64,000 nucleotides of DNA from Veleropilina oligotropha. Lineage: Eukaryota. A program made the position numbers and the translations under genes. The stretch is from positions 62,001 through 126,000 of the forward strand of contig JBEUKZ010000032.1 of assembly GCA_048128005.1 (NCBI GenBank). Reading direction: 5' to 3'. Every line of letters begins with the position of its first letter. Position 1 is the stretch's first letter. Positions 56,761 to 64,000 of this stretch are shown here, piece after piece. The notes beneath the pieces were generated by a model. The model was not told where the DNA came from, ran no database searches, and saw only the letters and a program-made list of their open reading frames with translations.

Positions 56761-58032
56761 ATGGCTAAGAGCGCCTTTGCGTTTAATGGGAGTGCGGCCT
56801 ATCCGACCGGTGTGGTGTACCCAGCGAAGATCCAAGATGAGCAGCTTACAAAACCAAGCGTCGTTGTCTCCTCGTCTGAATCTCCGGCCTTCGGGGCAGA
56901 CTACCCAGACGTCTTTCAAAAATACCGCCTCCCCCACGTCGCGAGTGATCGAGTGATCCAGGCCTGGCACAGTACACCGATGCGATTTTGGCAGAACAAG
57001 GTCAATTTCGCCATATGGTGTGCTACAACAGGTTCCGGGATCTCCTCAGAAGACCACTTGAATGCTACTGCAGCCCTCGCCAGAGCTGTATTCACCTTCC
57101 ACGTATACTATCAGGTCAGAAGGATCTTGACCGAGATTCAGGCGCCGCTGCCTCAAGACGTGACGTGGGATGCATTCGACACCCCGTATGACCGAAGGGC
57201 ATATGAAAAGATCTGCAGCGAATTCGGAGTGTCCCCACATACCGACTGGCGTGTCAAGGGTCCCAACGGCGGACTAGGCACCGCTTACAGCTACTGGACG
57301 AACAACGGCTAACACCCCATCGGACGTGAGTATGATCCAAGCCGAATGTCCTTCACCAAAGGTACGACCAACACGAATTTGCATGTGGACTATATAGCAC
57401 AGGATTCAGGCACTTCGTGGGCTACTTTTATTCTGGACAGGTCAGTGGGGTTTACCCGGGCCGGCGTGGAGAGGCTCAATGACTCCATCAGGACCTACGT
57501 CTGGGCGATTCTTGGAGCGCAGGCGCAGACACGTGCAAGTATTCTGGGGAGTGGGACGGCATTTGACGCACAGAAACAGTTTCTGGTGAACGTCGAAGAC
57601 GCCATCGCATCCCCCGTTGACCTCCCATCAGCCATCAAACGGTACCAGGACGTTTTGCAGTATGCCAGGTCCAAGGTCGACTTCGTATTCGGCGTTGGCC
57701 TGTACATGGCGCCAAGTAACATGCTTCTACGGATCGGGCAGGTGGCTGGTTATAACAATGAGATCGTCGTCGCCACGGAAGACCAGACCCTAGGTCTTAA
57801 TATGACGGTGAACGCGGCCAGTGTGCCGCCCAATGCCGCACGGGGTACTGGAGAAACAGGATTGGTCATTCCACAAGACGCAGATGCAAGCATACCGGTA
57901 GTCACTCTGAAGCATCCAAACGCTGAGCTGGCTGTAGCTGTTCCAGCGGTAGCTGTGGCACATGACGAGGAGAAAACCGCACTTATCGTGGGCGGCATTG
58001 TCGTTGGCCTAGCGTTCATCTGGCTTACGTGA
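56761..58032 (+). pseudogene. 423-aa TM-anchored protein homolog with nonsense mutation
   Basis: TAA at 57310-57312 where copy 1 has TAC (NGY); same frame continues. Confidence 0.85.
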
Positions 58033-59317
58033 CCCACTGTCTAGCGGCAATAAGAAGCAAGCCCCCAACAGATATAATCACAGCCCACAGATTCTCGGCG
58101 AGCCACGACGCAGTCTTGCCGACCAGGTTGATTAGCCAGGAGACAAGGCTTCCAAGTATTCCGGGGAGCGCGGCTGCGGCCTTCCCCGCTTGTTTGCCTA
58201 GAATCCTTCCCAGGTTCTGCAGTTGCTTTTTGACCCACTCCTTGACCCCCCCTTGACCACTGGGAGGTGGTGGTGGTTGTGGTATGCTCGGCGCTCCGCC
58301 CGTCAGGGCTAGTACCAGAGTCGAGATGGCGAGCCCAATAGCGGTCAGTATGGTTGCGATCGTAACCCCTTGCTCTCGGAAGAGGGTCCGAATACGCTCG
58401 GCCAGCGTGGTGTCAGAGTGGAGAATCCGATCTAGCATCTATCGGATCCGGCTGATTTGAGAGCGTAGGGCTTCCCGGCTTGATGAGGCTGCCTCTAGGC
58501 GAGCTTCTCGTTCATCCTGTAAGTTGCGCAGACGTTCCGCGATCCGTCGACGAATAAACTCATCCACACCGCCCTCTTCATCGGCCCGATCGAGCTTGCT
58601 CTTCTCCAGCTCTATGTGTTCGTCCAGCGCCGTTAGTTTGGCCAGGTTGTTAGTGAGCTCGCCTCGAATGGTCTGCATCGCCTTGTCAAGTCCGCGAAGC
58701 TCGCGGAGGTTTAATGGAGGGTCCCCCATCGTGCCTAAGATCTCTTCAACCTCGGTATCAGTGAACTTCGTCTCCATCATGTGGATTGCTACCGAGGCCT
58801 CAGTAGCTGTCTGCCCCAAGTCCCGCAGTTCCACGTTGTCTACGTTAGCGGCCGCACCGCTCAACTCGTTGTCGGCTGTCTGCAGAGCTGCAACCGCTTT
58901 TGAGGACAGCTTCTGTCCCCCTTTCCCCCGCTTCTCTGGCCGCGTCCATGCTTCGAATCCCAACCCTTTTCTGATCGCACTACCCCCACCTCTCCGGTTA
59001 GCTAGTGTTGACAAAGCATTGGGTTTTTTCGATCTAGAATTGATGAGATCGATGTTTGGATATTTCTTCAGCCGCAATCCCTCCCCCTCGACGTACTCGA
59101 ACTGGGAATAATCACGCCACGTAGGCAAGGTCTGCCCCTCCTCCGACAGGGCTTTGTAGTAGTCATCAACCGCGTCCTTCACGAACTCTTGCCGCTGACT
59201 GCTGGTTCCTTCCTGTGGCCGTTCCGAAAGAACAGGCTCAATCCAGTCCGTGGATCCAACCTCACCATCATCGTCGATGATGTCGGGCTCGAATGTGGGG
59301 TTCTCAAATTCCGCCAT
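58025..59317 (-). pseudogene. 438-aa coiled-coil membrane protein homolog with nonsense mutation
   Basis: TAG at 58439-58441 where copy 1 has GAG (RIREM). Confidence 0.85.
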
Positions 59318-59360
59318 TTGAATACTACAGCTTGGGTACGCATCTAATTCAGACAACAAC

Positions 59361-60665
59361 ATGTCCAGCACGTACGGACGCACGTTGGATCCATACCGCA
59401 GACTTCGAGAGCCCCTCGGGGTCAAGGGTATCCGCCAGTCGGTCACCATAACCAACAACCCATCCACTATTGCTGCGAACCAACAACTGCTGGTCCGGTT
59501 CCCTAACCTCGGGGCTCATGACGTGATCGTGCCAGGGACTGCACACTTGGCCTTTACAATCTCTCTGACCTCGGCTAATCCGAACAGAACTGTAGTTCAG
59601 AATATCGGACGCGCCGTGGTGAAAAAAACCACGATAAAGATCAGTGGGAACGAAGTCATGTCTATAGATGACTCCGACGTGTACCACTGCTACTGCGATA
59701 TCTGGAAAACCGCAGGGGAGCGCACGAATGCCCAATATCAGGGTATTGATACCAGCGACAGCCACAACACTACGAAGAATCGTGTCGGCGCGGCAGACGC
59801 CTTCAGAAAGTCTGAGGACGTTGCCATCTCGGACGCTTACGGTCCGAGGTTCCGCATCCCGCTGGACTTCGAGTTGCTGGAGAGCCACATGCCGTTCTAC
59901 CAAAGTGCGTTGGGGGACCGTCTTGACTACGAGCTTACGTTCAATGACTACTCCCGGACAATCAGGGACACCGATGACCCCAGCTCCAGCTACGTCATCG
60001 ACAATATCAGCCTGGAATACGACATGGTCACTAATCTTGAGCTTGCCAGATCGATAAAAAAACAATACTCGGGCCGCCTCGTGATCCTGTACGATCGTGT
60101 CCTGCGGCATCGTAAGATTACGAGAGACAAAAGCGACACTTTGTGGAATTTAAATTTGAATGTACCAGCGAAATCCATGAAGGGTATCCTACTGCTGTTT
60201 GAGGATCCCGCGAGAGACGCCGCACCATTCGCGAGGGACACCGAGGCCTTCTACAATCCGAAGATCACGAAGGTCGAGGTCACTATTGAGGGTGTGCCGA
60301 ATCAACTATACAGCCAGGGCATGCGTTCCTACCAGATGTGGGACGAAGCCAGGAGATTCTTCGCCTCCTCCCCAAGCAGCAAGCGCCATCCTGAGGTGGC
60401 GTTGGTTGCCAAGGATTTGGAATTGGCGGACGTCACCCTGGGCCAGTTTCTGACTAAGAAGTTCGCCTTATTGATCGACCTCAGGGTCACCGACGACGAC
60501 CAGCTGCATGGGTCAGGCCGGAAAGTAGATAATGCCAGCGAGGGCATCACCATCCAGATAACTAAGACGGGTGAAGCAGCCGGCCCGTTGAACGTCTACG
60601 TGTTCGTGATAATGGATGCGCAACTGCATATTCAGGATGGACGCTTTGTCACCGCACTATACTAA
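59361..60665 (+). CDS. Putative major capsid protein (copy 2)
   Basis: Intact 434-aa homolog of 11680-12981. Confidence 0.8.
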   Translation: MSSTYGRTLDPYRRLREPLGVKGIRQSVTITNNPSTIAANQQLLVRFPNLGAHDVIVPGTAHLAFTISLTSANPNRTVVQNIGRAVVKKTTIKISGNEVMSIDDSDVYHCYCDIWKTAGERTNAQYQGIDTSDSHNTTKNRVGAADAFRKSEDVAISDAYGPRFRIPLDFELLESHMPFYQSALGDRLDYELTFNDYSRTIRDTDDPSSSYVIDNISLEYDMVTNLELARSIKKQYSGRLVILYDRVLRHRKITRDKSDTLWNLNLNVPAKSMKGILLLFEDPARDAAPFARDTEAFYNPKITKVEVTIEGVPNQLYSQGMRSYQMWDEARRFFASSPSSKRHPEVALVAKDLELADVTLGQFLTKKFALLIDLRVTDDDQLHGSGRKVDNASEGITIQITKTGEAAGPLNVYVFVIMDAQLHIQDGRFVTALY

Positions 60666-61269
60666 AAGGTTCCCGCACACCAAGGACCCCCACTCCGCGA
60701 TCATCTGCGGCCAGACGGGCTGTGGGAAGACGGTTTTCATGCTTGAACTTCTGGAGGGGGAGTACCTAGGAGTGTTCCGGCATATTGTGATCCTCTGCCC
60801 CACGATCAAGTACAACAAAGCATACCAGTCCTGTCCATGGATCTGGACTGACCCTGAGGTGTACTTGATCCCCCCCGGTGATCGACTCCATGACTGGTTG
60901 CGGGGGTTCTACCGGCTGTTTCAGGGGGAGTCGACTCTGTACATCATCGACGACTGCGCCGCCAGCAAAGCTATGGCAAAAAAACGGGACATGCTGACTT
61001 TGTTGGCCTTCAGCGGAGGGCACGCCGAACAGAGCGTATGGGTAGTGACGCAAAAATACAACGCAGTCTTGAAGGAGCTCAGAGAGCAGACCCGCTGGGT
61101 CGCGCTGTTCCATTGCAAGGACCGCGACAGTTTCGAGGACTGTCTGCGCGAGAACGATGTTATCTCATCCTGCGACGAGAGAACCGCAGTGCGCCGGCTT
61201 TTGTCGGAGACCCGACACACAAAGCTTCTGTTGAAAACTGATCAGCCCATTGCTTATAGTGTGCTATAG
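60637..61269 (+). CDS. Packaging ATPase (copy 2; arginine finger substituted)
   Basis: GQTGCGKT and YIIDD present; SGGH in place of SGRH. Confidence 0.9.
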   Translation: MDALSPHYTKRFPHTKDPHSAIICGQTGCGKTVFMLELLEGEYLGVFRHIVILCPTIKYNKAYQSCPWIWTDPEVYLIPPGDRLHDWLRGFYRLFQGESTLYIIDDCAASKAMAKKRDMLTLLAFSGGHAEQSVWVVTQKYNAVLKELREQTRWVALFHCKDRDSFEDCLRENDVISSCDERTAVRRLLSETRHTKLLLKTDQPIAYSVL

Positions 61270-61322
61270 CAGCTACTTGGCTAGCCCTAACATCTACTTA
61301 GCAGCTACTTAGCTAGCTAGGC

Positions 61323-62066
61323 ATGTCGGACGCGGTATACATAGCTTTTGCTTTCAGCCAGAGCCTGATCTTGCTCCTACTCGTAACATTGTGGTATTGG
61401 CATTATCGCTATATTAGACTGGCGAGGAGATGTTGGAAACGCTTAAGGATGGACAGCCTCATCGATCAACTCCTGGATGACGAGGAAGAAACGACCGTCT
61501 GCCAGGGCCCCCCACCCCGCTCGACGACCGAACGTGGCGAGGAACCTGAAACTGGCGTAGCAAAGAAACGGGAGAGGCTTGCATCATTAGCCGTTGGAGG
61601 ACAGGCCCACCGATACATGGGGCGCAACCTCACGGTTGACCGAATCGACGATATGACTGACGACGAGGTTGAAAAACACCATGCACGGTATGAAGCCAAG
61701 CTCGGTGCTGACATGACGAAGACCCTGGGGACTGCCGCTATACAGCTGTATGCGGGTGCAGCTGGGATGTTCTTGCCCATTCCGCCGGAGAACCAGCTAC
61801 GACTGGTCGCTGACCTCGAGGCCGACCCTTTCATCTCACATGCCCTGAGCACTGCAAGCTGTGAGCTGTATTATAAATATGGCATGTACCTCGCACCGCT
61901 GACCGCAGCGCTGACCACGGCTAAGCACTGCCAATTTGGACATGTTTGCCCGCCTAAAATATCGCGAGAGCGAGATCAAGATGACAACGCTGAAAGTGGA
62001 CCAAATTTCGGCACCGAGCCCGCCGACAGAGAGGGTGACTTCTTCGACAGACTCATCAGTGAGTAA
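61323..62066 (+). CDS. Conserved hypothetical protein with N-terminal TM (copy 2)
   Basis: Homolog of 10267-11034. Confidence 0.75.
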   Translation: MSDAVYIAFAFSQSLILLLLVTLWYWHYRYIRLARRCWKRLRMDSLIDQLLDDEEETTVCQGPPPRSTTERGEEPETGVAKKRERLASLAVGGQAHRYMGRNLTVDRIDDMTDDEVEKHHARYEAKLGADMTKTLGTAAIQLYAGAAGMFLPIPPENQLRLVADLEADPFISHALSTASCELYYKYGMYLAPLTAALTTAKHCQFGHVCPPKISRERDQDDNAESGPNFGTEPADREGDFFDRLISE

Positions 62067-62490
62067 AAAGGACCCTAAAAAGGACCCTAAGAAGGTGGCT
62101 GCAGGACGGGCCGGTGCTGCTGCTCGGAAAGCCAAGCAGGAGAGGCTCCTTGCCGACGTTAGAAGACTCAAAGAAGACGCTCGACAAGTATCCGTCATCG
62201 AAGTTCCTTCAGACCTACCGGAGGCACAGCCCCAACAAAAACACAGTGGTGCCCCGGCCAAGGTGACCGTGGTCGAAAAGTCAGCTACACGGAAATCGGA
62301 CCCATTTAATTGGACCCAGGTAGCCGTTGCTGCCGGTACGGTTGCATTGGTATTTGTTGTCTGGAGACGCAGCAACCCTGGTTCCTCCACACCACATCAA
62401 CAGCCACCAGCACAGGCGAGGCAGCCATCTGTCCCCACCCCAACCACCACCGAATTGAAGAATGAGCAAAACCCGTTCCATATGCGATAG
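61981..62490 (+). CDS. Basic single-TM protein (copy 2)
   Basis: Homolog of 9873-10364; start uncertain. Confidence 0.7.
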   Translation: MTTLKVDQISAPSPPTERVTSSTDSSVSKKDPKKDPKKVAAGRAGAAARKAKQERLLADVRRLKEDARQVSVIEVPSDLPEAQPQQKHSGAPAKVTVVEKSATRKSDPFNWTQVAVAAGTVALVFVVWRRSNPGSSTPHQQPPAQARQPSVPTPTTTELKNEQNPFHMR

Positions 62491-62502
62491 TCTCAGTACA
62501 AC

Positions 62503-62742
62503 ATGACTACCCCGATTACTGACGGAAAGATGCTCGGCAACACCGTCTATCACGCAGCTCTAGTATCAGGCCTTGCCATAGGCTACGCACGCCTGGTCAA
62601 GATGGTATTCAAGGGTGTCAGTCCTAAGCTGGACTTCACGGGGTACGATGTCGGGATGGTCGTCCTCGACGTAGCGCTCGCCATGGTGACGAAAGATATG
62701 CTGATCAAGCAAGGCATCATTCTGGCCGACGTTTTGAAGTAG
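62503..62742 (+). CDS. 79-aa hydrophobic protein (copy 2)
   Basis: Homolog of 9608-9847. Confidence 0.75.
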   Translation: MTTPITDGKMLGNTVYHAALVSGLAIGYARLVKMVFKGVSPKLDFTGYDVGMVVLDVALAMVTKDMLIKQGIILADVLK

Positions 62743-62773
62743 TGGGACCTTGCTAGATAATCGCAGCATTTCA

Positions 62774-63205
62774 ATGGCTTCCATTGCGATGCTGGTTGGG
62801 GGCGCTCTCGTCAACGCCCTCGCCTTCAGCGGCTCCAACTTCCTCTTCTCGAAGCTACGCAGCTCCGGTGTTGATGCGGAGCGTAAACGTCACGACATAG
62901 CTGTAGAGCAGCTCAACGCCGCTCAGACTAAATGGTCCCAAAAGAGGGCAGAGCGTCTCGACTGGCTGAACGTTGAACTTCGCCGCCAGGGTCACGCTGT
63001 TGGGACATTCCGAGATGTTGACGCCGCTATCCGCGAGTATGCATTGATCACCGGCAAGAAACTTGACCCCACCGCTGTGGGAGGTGGCCCTGAGCCCCAG
63101 CTGTCCGACTACTACACGCCGAGCGATGACCAAAAGGGACGTGAGATCACCTTCATCATCCTCGGGATGGCTGCGACCGGGTTGGTAGCCTACAAGCTCG
63201 CCTAA
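62774..63205 (+). CDS. Putative virion membrane protein (copy 2)
   Basis: Homolog of 9145-9576. Confidence 0.75.
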   Translation: MASIAMLVGGALVNALAFSGSNFLFSKLRSSGVDAERKRHDIAVEQLNAAQTKWSQKRAERLDWLNVELRRQGHAVGTFRDVDAAIREYALITGKKLDPTAVGGGPEPQLSDYYTPSDDQKGREITFIILGMAATGLVAYKLA

Positions 63206-63464
63206 TTTCCACGTTTGGACATTTTTTCGTGGGCATGTATAGTAATGGGGCTCCCAGAAGAGCTGTACTGCGCTATGCTTGCGGTCGGCTATAGTACTAC
63301 GTTACTCGACTGCTGGTGCCGCGACGAAAAGACTATGGTGCGGTTCGCGGTCCTGGTGCTCTCGGGCCCGACCAACCTTTGGGAGACGACTGCGCAGCGA
63401 CCGGCTCCGGAAGCTGAAGCCTGTTGGAGACTGATCAGTTTACTGGAATACATTGCCAGTCTCG

Positions 63465-64000
63465 ATGGCAGCGAAGACCGGCAAAAGAACTCGAGGGCGC
63501 GGAATGAACTGGAAGCTACTATAGCCCCCGAGGCTACTGGAAAGGGATCGCCGCGATAAAACATCTCTCGGCCGCGGTAGATGTCTCTGAAGACGTGGCC
63601 CGGGATTGGCTGAAGAAGCAGGCCATCTGGCAAATCTATTTACCTGCGCCACGGCGGATTCCAAGACCAAAATTCGACGTCGTAACGCCGAACGAGGTTC
63701 ACCAAGCCGATCTCCTGTTTCTCCCACATGACAAGGTCGGTCGTAAAACATACAAGTACGCTCTGACTGTGGTTGATGTGGCCAGTCGCTATAAAGAAGC
63801 TGAGCCATTGGCCACAAAAGAGGCCAAAGGGGTTGCTGAAGCTCTGTCTCGAATCTACAGGCGGAGTCCTCTTAGCTGGCCGAAACTGCTTCAAGTCGAC
63901 CCAGGGAGGGAGTTTATGGGCGCGGTGTCCCAGCTGCTGGCGACAAATAACGTCGAGGTTAGGCGCGGCCGTGTGGATCTCCATCGCGATCAAGGCATTG
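63465..64000 (+). pseudogene. RVE integrase (copy 2), N-terminal frameshift, truncated by window end
   Basis: YYSPRGYWKGIAAIK...HQADLL...LQVDPGREF is in a different frame from ATGs at 63465/63504; about 11 nt missing near 63516 relative to copy 1. Confidence 0.8.

Larger units (their letters stand above)
53822..64000 (-). mobile_element. Polinton/Maverick-like element copy 2 (inverted relative to copy 1, runs off the window)
   Basis: Starts AGCAGCAGGGGGGGTCAGTAGAC; same gene order as 18543 back to about 8385 of copy 1. Confidence 0.95.

Overview
Eukaryotic (probably invertebrate) AT-rich, repeat-dense genomic DNA carrying two related, GC-richer Polinton/Maverick-like endogenous virus elements in opposite orientations. 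Copy 1 (3092-18639, about 15.5 kb) is complete. It has AG...CT termini, imperfect TIRs of about 310-330 bp and a target-site duplication, and it encodes an RVE integrase, an A32-like packaging ATPase, putative major and minor capsid proteins, many membrane-type ORFs and a secreted Cys-rich protein. In place of a canonical protein-primed PolB it has one large fusion protein: HEH/Rho-N-like repeats, a possible OTU-like protease, a divergent apparently exonuclease-less PolB core, an SF1 helicase and an HNH-like domain. No adenain-like maturation protease ORF is recognisable. Copy 2 (53822 to beyond 64000) is syntenic, patchily diverged and has several inactivating lesions. Between the copies lie a near full-length degenerate CR1/L2-type LINE, other LINE fragments, SINEs, foldback/MITE elements, a tandem pair of Crypton-like tyrosine-recombinase elements with several hairpin-bearing relatives, and a spliced minus-strand host gene for a Cys-rich, probably GPI-anchored protein. 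All family calls come from motif recognition by eye; no database searches were run.
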